The translations under genes and the position numbers were made by a program. Below the pieces are notes generated by a model. That model made no database searches. It was not told the DNA's origin and saw only the letters and a program-made list of their open reading frames with translations. Positions 25,001 to 36,789 of a DNA stretch of 64,000 nucleotides are shown here, in pieces; position 1 is the stretch's first letter; every line of letters starts with the position of its first letter. Source of the DNA: Bugula neritina (lineage: Eukaryota; Animalia; Bryozoa); contig OZ037770.1 in NCBI GenBank assembly GCA_964035545.1, forward strand, positions 12,762,642 through 12,826,641, given 5' to 3'.

Positions 25001-28000
25001 TGAGTGTATTCTAAGCCGAGAGTTTTAAGAAACTGAGTTGACTGACAGGTTATGATCACAGGCTTCTTAGCCTCTAGTCCTATGATCCGAATACTATCAT
25101 AGAAACCCTTGTCTTCCTCAAATATAATATCAGCCTGAAGAGAGGAATAATTCACAGGCTACAGCACTGACAGGGTGAGTCAACTATCAGTAGCCCCTCA
25201 CAGACTTATGGTTCACAGTCTATACCGCTATAAAAAAGTCGTGGCTTAAACACTAAAATTGAATATAGATGAAGGAAATGCATTAGAAAAATTGAGTTAG
25301 TGAATATGAAAAAATAATCAAAGGAAGCATAACTCTCTAATAAAGAAATTATTAAAGCACTACTAATAAAATTTTATGTAATATATTAGTAAAGTAATAG
25401 TGGTATTTAAATTACAGTTTAACACACTTATCTATAAAATAGCAACACCTAATTTGTGATATAACAAGCAGAGCATACGACATGTAAAGCTGAGCAGGTC
25501 ATGTGATAGGCTGTTTGGAGGTCATGTGATCAGTTGAGACAAATGTTACAAGTTTCCTCCAATCAAACAGGCTAAGATACCAAAATTATTTTACAAAGTG
25601 CATTGGCCTGGCATAGGGGAAACTCAGTTTACCTCGTCAAAAAGAATGAGGGAGAGTTTAGAAAGAGACACTGATTGGTCAGTTTTCTCAGAATCAGCTG
25701 TTTTCTGGTGACCACTGTTAGAGTTGTCTTCTTTCCGACTTTCATCTACACAAGTATAAACACATGCAAGTGATTCCATGGCAATGAACACTACACTTGG
25801 TAAAACCAGTTGAGCCGACAGAAAGAAAAGAAAATTAAATTAAATTAAATCAAATTAAATTAATATGTAGTGAACCTTGCACTCCACACACAAACATTTT
25901 TTTACAAAAAATTCAGGAATAGTCATGTTTATCAAAGTATTGTTAAGTGATTGTACTTGTCTTCACATTAGTATAGGATGCTTAACAAACTATTCTTATA
26001 GTTGAATAACAAAATTATAATTAGAAGTCGAAAGAAATTAGCTTGATGTAACAACTGCGTTGTGTTCAATAGTAAATCTTATACCTGCCGGCGAACTTGC
26101 CTTCCCGGAGTTCTGTTTGTCAACTTTGCTTTCCTTTAGTCTCGTGAAAAAGGAAGCGATGTTACCTGAAGGTTTTCTTTCTGCTGTAAGCATATAGATC
26201 AATATATAGTATATTATAGTATAGTATATATAGTATAGTATATATAGTGTAATATAGTATAGTATAATATAGTATAATATAGTGTAGTATAGTATAGTGT
26301 AGTGTAGTATAGTATAGTATATACGGTATAGTGTAGTATAGTATAGAACAATATATTATAAAATAGTATAGTATAAGTTGATGGAATATAGAATAGCTTA
26401 GTATAGACTAGCATAGCATAGCAGTTATATTAGTGTATGCTATTCTATTTTAGGCAAACTATTCAATAATGTGTTGATCTATTCTATGCTAGTACAGCCA
26501 GGTGTGTCTACACATTGTACATACAGAGAGACGTATATATCATGTAGATAGCTAGATATACATTGAATATCACAGAAGTAAGTTTACAGAGTACGCTTTA
26601 GTTTACTTAAATTGACCAAATAAAATGGTATCCAGCTAGTAGCTATTGAACAGACAACTCCGGCATTACCTTGCCCCACTCTGGCGAACATCCTTTCTAT
26701 AGATATCCCCTTGCCCTTCTGAACTTGCTGCGACCTGGTTGACTCGTGAACTCTCTCCATCACGTTCTTTGTGGTGCGTAACATCGCCGGGTTTATCTCA
26801 AACACCTGCAGAGTCAACAGGTATATTAGTGTTATTATTCAATCTACAGTGTGTTTACTGGGAAAGGATATTAGAAAAATATTGCCTCCCCATGTTTAAA
26901 CTTGGGTAACTTGAGGACAAAAACAACTATAAAGACTTAGTGTGTTTAAATAACTAGTGAAATTAAAATTTTATTGCATGAATATAATAAAACACAGTAT
27001 AATCGAGTAGGGATGATATTGCATGAGCCCACTGTATAATATACCTTATAACCAAGTAGAGATGCTATTGTATGAGCACACTGTATAATATACCGTATAA
27101 CCAAGTAGAGATGCTATTGTATGGGCACACGTCGTCTTTCCCAGACCAGAACCGCCGCTGATAACCAGAACAGGTGTCTGAGTCAATTCAGCGTCACTGT
27201 CACCACTCTCAACGTCTGCTAACAGAAATGACAACAATCTTACAGCTGAGTGAGAGAAACATGGGGTGACAATTCCTGGTCATCAGCCAATTAGAAGAGT
27301 GCAGTTGAGTCATCAGGAAATCATAGAAATAGCCAATTAGAACAATCAGATTGATAGAAATCATAGAACACTTGTCACCACACGTCAAAAATACTTCACG
27401 CAGACACAGTTTGCAAATCTGACCTTGGCTTTGCTCATGCTTCCGCTTGACCTTCTTTTTCTTCTGTTTCCTGTTGACGAGGGGTTGACCTTTGACAAGG
27501 TCACGCTTCCAGTTGAGCAGCCACTCGTTGACCACCTCCACGCAGCCCTTGTTGACCAGCAGCTGCATGAAGGAGGTGGGAGAGTATTTGTGGGTCCACA
27601 ACTGATCCTCCACGTCTGACGCAGCTACCCGCGAATCTGTGGGTTAAAAGAAAATAAAAATGGCTGCCTTGATCTTGAAAAAAATAATTCCAACTGAGTA
27701 ACTGGAAAAAGGTGCAAATAGTTTCTGGTTTACAACATTCTACTAGCATTAGTTAAGAGAGGGGGTGGGCAGTGAAGAAAGAGAGTATAACTCTTCAACA
27801 ATAAAGGTGGCAAGTACTAGGGAAATGGGTACATTAACCTTGTTTGAGATACAGCGGCAAAATGATAAAGAAAACTAGAAATAAAAACAAATGAAGGGAT
27901 AAATAATGCCTTGTAGGCACGGCAATACTTTTGCTCCATGATGTTTATACGATTTCTCAGTACAGATTGCAAGGTGTTTATTTTTACGAAGTAGTAATTT

Positions 28001-31000
28001 AGAAAAAATATTTGAAACTAACTGCTTTTTTGTTAAAGCTGACTATTAAGTAAGCAAACAAAATTTTATCAAGAGATGAAACTAATTAGTAAAGCAAACA
28101 TTTGAAATCTCGAATTTGCAAAATAGACTTAAAAATCGTTATTTTCTCAGCTTCAAGTCTTGAAAGTTTAAATGGAATCGCCCAAACACTATCACATGTA
28201 TTGCAATATTATTAGGAAATCTTTGTAAGAGATAGTGTGTGTTTCACATAGCTCAATATAACTCACCAAGACTATTGTAAATATCCTGAACAGGGTAGTG
28301 GGGCAAGAGAGAAGATAACTTCTTAATCTCTCTTTTGATTTTACTGTTAGTGAGGGTATCTCTCTTCACCTGTAATTTGCAGCCACATGAGTTTGTCAGG
28401 AAAGTTTAAAATCACATCCAACGATGGCTGTTAAAAATTTCCTAAGCAAAAGCTGAACATAATATTTCATTGCTGCAACTCACAGTAGATAAAAAGGCCT
28501 CACTAATAATAGATACACTTACCTTCAAAGGTTGACGTGGTCTGTACGCAGGTATGTCCAGTGCTAATCTGTCGTACTTACTTTGTACCTGGTCAGTGCT
28601 GGCAGGTAACAATGGTAGAGTACAGGTGTACTCTTCACTTACCTGTAAGTGTATACAGAGGTATGGTTCACGGAGATAATTAAATATGACTCAGCATACC
28701 ACAATAGATTAGAACATACAAAATACTTTAGGCACTTGCAAAGTTAAATAAAATACATTTTAAATGCAATTCTGACCAAATATTTCTCACGAGTTGTGAA
28801 AATCTGTAAACGCAAGATTAGAAAAACAAGTAGAATTGTTGTTACATGAGCACATTGTATAATTATGCATGTGAGAGCCATACAACTTATTAAGAAGCTT
28901 ACAACACATTACAATGAATAGATATGCCATAACTTGTTGCCAAGTTAAACTAATAGCATTATTAGTTTATATAAATATATCAACTAACATTAGGGAGTTG
29001 TGTCACATGTCCAATACGTGGAAACAGTTCAGCCTGTGTCAAAGGTTTAGCCTTAGAAACCTGTCTAAGGTTGGCATCATCATCAGGGGCGGACATGGCA
29101 TGCAACTTCCTAAGTCTCTCTGTACGCAACATGGAATTAGGGCTATCCACTGCAAAGCAATGAGCTAGTTCTATAACAGGAGATACAATTGAAAAGATAA
29201 ATAATACGTCACATTACGCTGTAGTTGATCAAATTGTATTTATTTCAAGTATTAAGTCTGTCTGTCTGTCAAGAGGTGAGGAGAGAGGAAATCAATATGC
29301 TTAAAGAAGACAACTCCCACAGTAGTTGTGAATGCATGTTATTACACAGCTGGGAGTTAATATTCAATGAACTTATAAATACAAAAGAGTTTTGTAACTA
29401 AAAGGAAGTAATGAAAAAAGCTATAGGCTACATTTCATAATGTACTTTCACTATCCTACATGATCTATAACTAACATAATCACGCACATGGTTGACTATT
29501 TTACATTCAATGAACAAACATAAATTATAGAGAGTGACTGACCTTGAGTTATGACTATGACATCACCATCGTCTTTCTCACTAGACACGCCTACTTTTTG
29601 CTTCTTTCTTTTAGTAGGCGTGGTCTTAGTTCTTGGTCGCTTCACTCTTCTAGAAGTATCTGCAGAAGACTGAGTGTTTTAAAACATGAACAAAGTAAAC
29701 TTTTCATGACAATGCTGAGTGAATTTACACTGTTTCAAAGCTCAAGCGTTGAACAATTTAGTTGAATATTAAACTTTCATATTTATTTGGCTAAATGGCA
29801 AGACTCATACCATTTATTCTATAGATTTGCTTAACATGTAGTAAAACTATTTCCATAACTTAATTGGCGAGCAAAAAAGAACTAATTCCATCTTATAGAG
29901 AAATAATATACCACAACAAGTATTTAGAAGAGAGGGCAATTCCAAAAATGCGTATTTTCTCTGTATTAGCCAGTATGTAGCAACTAGCTAGGCCCGCTAG
30001 GTTATAAGACTACTGAGCTAACTAGCTAGCTCTTTGTCTGTCAGCTCACCTGGTGGTTCCTCATCAGCAGAAGACAACTCTACTTCTATCACAACAGGAC
30101 GTAACCTCTGACCTCTTTTGCCTTCAGACAACTCAGTGACTTTTTGCTGTTTAGACTTGCCTGTATTATTCAGAGCACCTACAGTTACTGCGGGCGTTGA
30201 ACCCCCCTCCGGAGACTCGCTATCTGCAGATAGGAACTCAGACGTGTCACTAGAAACTGCAGTAGAATGTTTCTGTTTCAACCGACTCCTCACTTGTCTT
30301 AAGGAATGCCTAGATGTAGTGCCGTGTGCATCAGTTTGAGATGACTGCCGGGTAATGTCACATAATTGACTGTCAGAGTATTTCTTAGAATCACAGTCTA
30401 GCTTATCACCTGTTTCCTCCTTTAGATTAGTGGTCTGCCGAGTTCTCCGTCTAGACTTTCTGGAGTCAGATTGTAGTTGAGCACCATGCTCCTTTTGTGC
30501 AGCAGAATCACTCGAGGTATTTTGGTCTATATTTTGTTTCGCTTGTTTCAACCTGATTTTATCCCGCACCTCTCTCAAAGAGCGACGTGTAGAAGGGAAT
30601 GCGCCCTCTATTTTGTCCGCTGATGAGCACTTTTCTTCACTCGATGAAATTTTCTCTTCAGAAACAAAACTGCTCTGAACAGGGTGAGCTGCACATTCCA
30701 CTACACAGGTATTGTGAGTATCCGGTGATGCAGTGTTTACAGCTTCTGAAGGAGGAGTTTTTTCCGGTGTGCATATTTTCTTGATCTCTTCAGATTTTAT
30801 ATCCAGAGTCTCTGCGCTATTGAGTGACGTCAGGGAAGCAGATGTATCAGTGTCACGTGCAGCTTCTGTTTGTTTGATTGGTTTGTTGCTAGTGGAGAAT
30901 GTGAAATAACGCGCCAAGGGGGATTCTGATACTACTACAAAAACAATTTAAAAAATAAGCTATCAATTGAAAATATACAGATCCAAAGTATCACGAAAAT

Positions 31001-31683
31001 ACAACAGCCGTATAAAATCCTATTTAAAAACACAACTGCCATAGGCATAGGGTGAAATTTTAATGCACAAGTGATGCTACTGTATTAAAGACAACACTAT
31101 TTTATATTTTTAGAAAGAAACTTTTAGATTTTCAGAAACTACTCAAACATACGACTCAATAAAGACTTTACCTGATTTCTGGCACAATGAAGGCTCTGAG
31201 TTAGCTACAGATAAGTCATGTGACTCTGTGTCCATCCCTTCATCAGCAGTTCTAGAAGGTTCCCCGCCACATTTCTGTGAGTCATTGTCTGTATTTACTT
31301 TAAGGTTTTCCTCAGGTGAGGAAGAAGAGAGAGCAGATGAGCGAAGTTGGCAGAGGAAGTCTTCATATTCAATTTCTTCATACGGGGCGTCTGTTTGGGG
31401 CTCCGCAGATGGTTCATTGTCTATTAAGAATCACAGCAACATGTCAAATAACATGTCTAATCGAGTGAGACAATAAAAGTAAAGAGACAAGTAATAAAAA
31501 TACTAAGAATGTGCTAAAAATATTTGATCATATGATCTGTTAGACAGCTTATGTCTGAAAAATAGAACTTATTACATAATAAAACTTATTACATAATAAA
31601 GTACCTGCAAAATGTGATTTTTCAGTTTCTACAGTTCGAGACTTGATGGTGAAGAACTTTGATAGTGTAACAGCATTACTCAT
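22013..31683 (-). CDS. ATAD5: ATPase family AAA domain-containing protein 5 (ELG1, PCNA unloader of the RFC-like complex), multi-exon
   Basis: Motifs in order: N-terminal MSNAVTLSKFF (ATG 31683); long low-complexity exon ~30931-30050; LWTHKYSP..LLVN..EWLLNWK; Walker A GGSGLGKTT; VFEINPAMLR..ESTRSQQV; SLILFDE|ADIIFEEDKGF..KKPVIITC; CDIRRCILQVQY; C-terminal LDFFPFLQSVCFSE..SRRFLHYLDR; stop at 22013-22015. Some internal exon edges are approximate. Confidence 0.93.
26205..26420. repeat. (ATAGT)n-type pentanucleotide microsatellite
   Basis: Visible atagt/gtagt repeats; source of the YYTIL spurious ORF. Confidence 0.9.
27004..27130. repeat. 49-bp tandem repeat (~2.6 copies) spanning an ATAD5 exon/intron junction
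   Basis: Unit caagtagagatgctattgtatgagcacactgtataatatacc.tataac is repeated. Confidence 0.85.
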
Positions 31684-32145
31684 TATCGAAGCTGACCTAT
31701 GAAATAAACGTCTGAAGTTCAACTTTAAGTTGAGAGGGCAATGATGGAGGTCAGATTCGATCTGATCTACGGTGCATTGATTAGGGGTCAAACGACCTCA
31801 GTATGTTAATGCCTTTACAAGAAACTCATAATTCTCAACAATAAAATCCATCACTAAATATTAAAATCTTTAATAAAAGGTGAAATTTCTAGTGATACAA
31901 TTAAACGAATTTATTTTTTAGTAAAATTTGAATGAAACAAATCTATAATTTATTTTTTTTAAATAGTTTTATCAGCTTTACACAGCTGACAATGAAATGG
32001 GCATTGTATTTTATGTTTAAAAGCTTACAAACCAAAAATAATAATTATTAATATATAGATAGCGATTGATGATAACAATTTTTTATTCAAAAGAATAAAA
32101 TTTGATAAATCATGTAATAAATCAAGTTAGAATGCTATTAGAATA

Positions 32146-32196
32146 ATTTGGGTGTGCGAGCGTGATGCTTTTTTCATCACGCTCGCACACCCAAAT
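32146..32196. repeat. Perfect GC-rich hairpin, 22-bp arms with a 7-nt loop
   Basis: atttgggtgtgcgagcgtgatg-ctttttt-catcacgctcgcacacccaaat. Confidence 0.9.
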
Positions 32197-32689
32197 AATA
32201 TAATAACTATAAGTGTTATAACTTATATTTATAAGATTAAATGTACTAGTTTAAATATAACTTTAAGTTTATTCTTTAAACCTAAAGTTAAAAATAAAAT
32301 TAAGTGTTACACTTTCAAAGAGTTTCAAAGTGTAACACTTATTTTTAACTAAAAGTTCAAAGAACAAACTTAAAGTTATACTTAAACTAATAGTATTACT
32401 AATAGTAATATTAATACTAATAGCAATAGTAATACTAATAGTAATAGACATAGTTATAGATAATAGTACTAGTAGTAGTACTAGTAGTAGTAGTACTCTA
32501 GTAGTAGTACACTTTGACTTAGTCTTACTGTTAGTCTTAGTTTATAGCAATTGCTGTGGGATATTACCAAGTAATTCTTTTAATATGAAGCAGCATTAAT
32601 ATAACTTTCAATAATGATAAGAATAACTGAATTTAACTCAATATATTCAATAAATATAAAGAATTCAAACTGATAAACTTAAAGTTGGA

Positions 32690-32875
32690 GGCTTTGGCGC
32701 CTCTATCACAATAGTCGCTGTCCTTTGCCGCTCATATGGCATTGAACTTAGTGGCGTTTCCGATTTATTATCTACTAGAGACTAGAAGCAGTCGGCGCGC
32801 AACCAATGAACTCAATAATTATTAATTCCAGCTCAGTGCGCGCAACCACTTCAAACTAGCCTTAGCGCCAAAGAA
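32690..32875 (-). promoter_or_regulatory. Candidate cell-cycle promoter of ATAD5: two E2F sites, CCAAT box, CHR-like element
   Basis: TTTGGCGC at 32693-32700; GCGCCAAA at 32865-32872; CCAAT ~32803; TTCAAA (CHR reverse complement) at 32850-32855; gcgcgcaacca occurs twice. This is a local CpG cluster ~1 kb upstream of the ATAD5 ATG, which is preceded by a splice acceptor. Confidence 0.6.
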
Positions 32876-33404
32876 AATACAACTAATAACTCTAACCCAG
32901 ATTCTTTAATGTAGAAAATTAATGTCAGTCACAAAACAGTTATTATCAGATATTTTTGCAAATTTATAATGCAGAGTCTCAAGCTAATTTCCGTTTGGGA
33001 AAACCATAATTTTATACTATACGCAATATGAATATCGTCATTATCATTACACATGCTAAGCCTGCTTAGTTGTTCTTATTCATAATTATTATTAGTTATT
33101 GTTAATCATAATAATGATTTTAATACTAGCAGTTTCTCTGTATGTAATTAAATAATTGTTTAGGCATTTGTATACTGAATTTCATTATTTTAGTAATACT
33201 TCTAGTAGTAGTATTACTTACAGTTACACTTACTGGTACACTAAGGACTAAGTCTAACACTCACACTCACACTGTCACTGTGACTGTACAGTACTATAGT
33301 TCACTGGACAGGACCTAGTACCTGTACTTACTCTTAGTAGTACTCGTAGCTATAGCCGACTGTAGGTATAAATTGAATCTAATAGTGATAGTCATAGACT
33401 TAGA

Positions 33405-34380
33405 GTGATACTTGTCGATACCTGTCGATGTTATTTCCACACTGGACCTCCCTAGAGGGAAGAAGGGGTGTGCCTCATATAAAAAACTAAGTTGTCAGTA
33501 TTTGGACAGTAATCTAAAAAGTGTTAACATTCTTGTGCAGATTAACTTAACAGGCTAACTAGCCTGTCTGTGTGTGATCAGTGCTGATCCTCATATCTCT
33601 TATTGTTCTTGGGAGAAAACTATAAAGATACCCATTCTTGTTTGCTCTCACTGATCTGGGAAATCCTGCAACCTGAGACCGAGTCTGTACAGTGCTTGTG
33701 GTCCGCTGATCTAGAAAATCATCATAGGCAGCACTTAGAGTTGGATGTAGTTCTTCCTTAGACAATATTTTTAGGAGAAGGCTGATGCGTCGGTTTTTCC
33801 TTCTTAAATCAAGCGGCTCCAAACATAGCTTTTTCATCTCCTCCCCAATATCAGTTCTTCCTTTGCTGCTAGAGATAAAACGCACAGCATCTGTTTGAAC
33901 ATTCTCCATTATACTTATATGATTTTTGCTAGATGGGTCCCAGGCTGCACTGGCATATTCCAAGTGTGGGAGACAGAGGGCTTTGTAGGCAATAAGCTTT
34001 GCTCTCTTGGGGGCCCAGTAGAGTGCACGTTTTATCATACCTAACTGCCGTTTTGCAACAAGAACCTTTTTTAGGATGTGTTGGTCAAATTTACAGTCTG
34101 ACTGCAGTATTACACCAAGGTATTTGGTTGAGTCAACATGATCCAACACTGATCCACTGAGCTTGTATCGGGGAGTGTCGGTCTTAGGGTTAAAGCTGAT
34201 TATCTTGCTCTTGGAGATGTTAAATGACATTCCCCACTTATTTGCCCAAGTACTAAGAGAGTCCAGGTTGCGCTGAAATCCCTTACAGTCTTCAGATGAG
34301 GAAATTTCTTGGTAAACAAGTGTGTCATCGGCAAAAAGAGCACAAGAGCAGTTGAGACACTTAGGAAGGTCATTTATAAA
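33405..34380 (-). mobile_element. 5'-truncated non-LTR retrotransposon (LINE, CR1/L2-like) reverse transcriptase C-terminal part and 3' UTR
   Basis: Open frame from ~34380: FINDLP..ALFADDTLVY..LSTWANKWGMSFNISK..KYLGV..YKALCLPHLEYASAAWDP..FLPRTIRD, stop at 33559; short tandem tail gatac(t/c)tgtc near 33410-33430. Confidence 0.9.
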
Positions 34381-36281
34381 ATAGTGGTAAAGTCTAAACT
34401 ATGGACTTTGAGTATAATAATAATGATATTACTATGGAGTATTAGTATAGACCAAAGGCAAAGGGCAAGGCAAAAGTAATGCCAATGCTAATATCTTTAC
34501 TAATACTAAGTCTAATAGTAGTAACTGTGCAATAGGCAATAGACTTAAAGTGTCAGTATCAGTAAGAGTTAGGCTAAACTATACTGATATTGATACTTTC
34601 CACCTTACAGTTACTATTACTATCAGTGTTACTGTTACTATTACTATTAGTATTGCAATTTACATTAGGTTCAGCATTTACTTTTACTCCTAGTTTAGGA
34701 TTATGAGTTGTATAATACAGAACACTGACTACTAAAACTAGAAGCAGTTTTCTTGTTCTCTAGTTTACTATAAGTATACCTATGGCCTATGGGTAAAACG
34801 ATTTAGTCTAACAAATAATGATAATCCTAATCAGAATGATTTAGATTGCAATTAGTTTTAAAAGTGTATATAATTTGAAAACAAGACTAGGTAAAAGTGT
34901 CATGTTTAATTTACGCCCTTAAAATTACTTTACAGTTAGTGTTACTGGCAATATTATAGTACAACTTTTTTTGGATTTAATATGCCTTCTGATAGATAGT
35001 AAACACTGACTTGATCAATTATGCCCAGTAAATTCTGTGAAGATTTTTTTTGCTTCTTTAAGTTCATTCAGATCAATATAAAATTTTGAATTGTGATTTG
35101 AGTTAATTTTGTTCTTTTTAGAGACAGATCGTTGAGTTGACTCTGTAGATTATTGACTAAACTTGACTTCATTGCTAGTTTAGTCTAATACTGGTTACTC
35201 TGACTCTCACTTTGTGCATATTCAATATAGCTATGTGTCCTAAGTGACTAAGATTTGGAATTTAGAATACATAACTTAGCTTTCTACAACTTTTTCATAT
35301 ATCATTTATTTATAGTTATAGTAAATCATCCAGAAAGATCACTATGTATTACTTTATCAATTTATAACTATAATCAGGTTATGGCAGTAGCCGAGCCTTG
35401 TTTATCTTTGCCTATTAGCAGTGCACTGGTAGCAAATGGTAAATAATTTCTCGCACACTTTTTCTCAGTAGTAGAGTTACAGTTTCTCGAGAAGAAACTA
35501 ATAAAAGCATAAAAGCGAGTTATTCCTCCTTTTGAGTTACATTCTAAACTTGGCCGATTAAATTATCACAATACAAAAATTTTTATGCGTGGCTTTTACA
35601 ATGCAATGCATCTCGGAGAAATTTCAACTCTGCCAAATTGCATTTCTGACTGAAAATCGTAAAGGTATAAACGCAAGTTTACAGTTTCTCGACAAAGAAA
35701 TAATAATATTACTATTTTTGAGTTACTACTTGTATATAGTATTTTAATCAGTGATGAAAAACCTTTACCAACTCCCAAAAATAAGATTTCAGGTAATTGG
35801 CAGACCAGTCTGTTGCTTGTGGAAATTAGTGTCACATGATACACTAACAGTTCTCATTATTTGTAGAAACATGCTACATAGAGTTGAAGTAACTTTATTT
35901 TTGTTATTTGAAACGTTTTTATGTAGCTATAATTTTGTTCAAGTTATTGCATAATTTAGTCCCTGAGTTTTTAATTTGTGAGTTTCCATAGCAACAGATA
36001 GAGGCTAGATGTATTTCAAATACTTGTGAAAACACATTTGCGACGTGTTAAAAAAATTAATTTGTCTTTATCCTACTTTGCAAATTGATTTTCTGCATTT
36101 TTTATTAGTTAGGCTAACTAAACATGCAACCTTCATCTTGACTTAAAAATGCTGTATAAATTTCATGCTGAATTGTTGGTGAAATCTTTTGTACACCTCG
36201 TGCAGTTAAATCACTAAGGTTTGAAAATTAGAAATTGCACTGCATAGTTTTATTTGTAAAAAATGTAGTAGTTTTAGCATT

Positions 36282-36490
36282 GAGAGCAGCCATAATTTAG
36301 AGATTGGAGCATTTGCTTAGTAAATACAAAGTTATGGGTTTGAACCTCAGTAAAGGTGATTCTAGGTAGGACATTCAGTCATAATTGCTCCTGTTTCACA
36401 TTTGAATAAGTCCTTAGCCAGCTTTAAGAAGCCTTTTCCATCAGGGTTTCTCACAGAGATATAGTGACTATAAATTTGTGTGGGTTTTAT
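36282..36490 (+). mobile_element. tRNA-derived SINE copy
   Basis: gagagcagcc..gggtttgaacctcagtaaagg..cagtcataattgctcctg..gaataagtcctta..atagtgactataaa. Confidence 0.8.
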
Positions 36491-36789
36491 CGTAGTTATA
36501 GTTGAAAAACATTTCAATCAGTCTGGTAATTATAAGTCTGTCTTGGAGTTGCTCCATTGGTTTGATGCACTTTTTAGAATTGAATTATTCTGTTTAAAAC
36601 TTGATTTAGATTCTGTCAATCTGCTGTTGAATTAATCATTTCTGCAGCTATAAAACATGTGTGTTAGTTTGGTATTCAAGAAATTTGAAAGTCTATTGTT
36701 TGGAGTTGAGCAAAAGCTGCAACTTTGCTAAGTTACTTCAACAATTGCTGGCAATAGGTTTCATTGATAAACATATAAATCTTGTAAAA

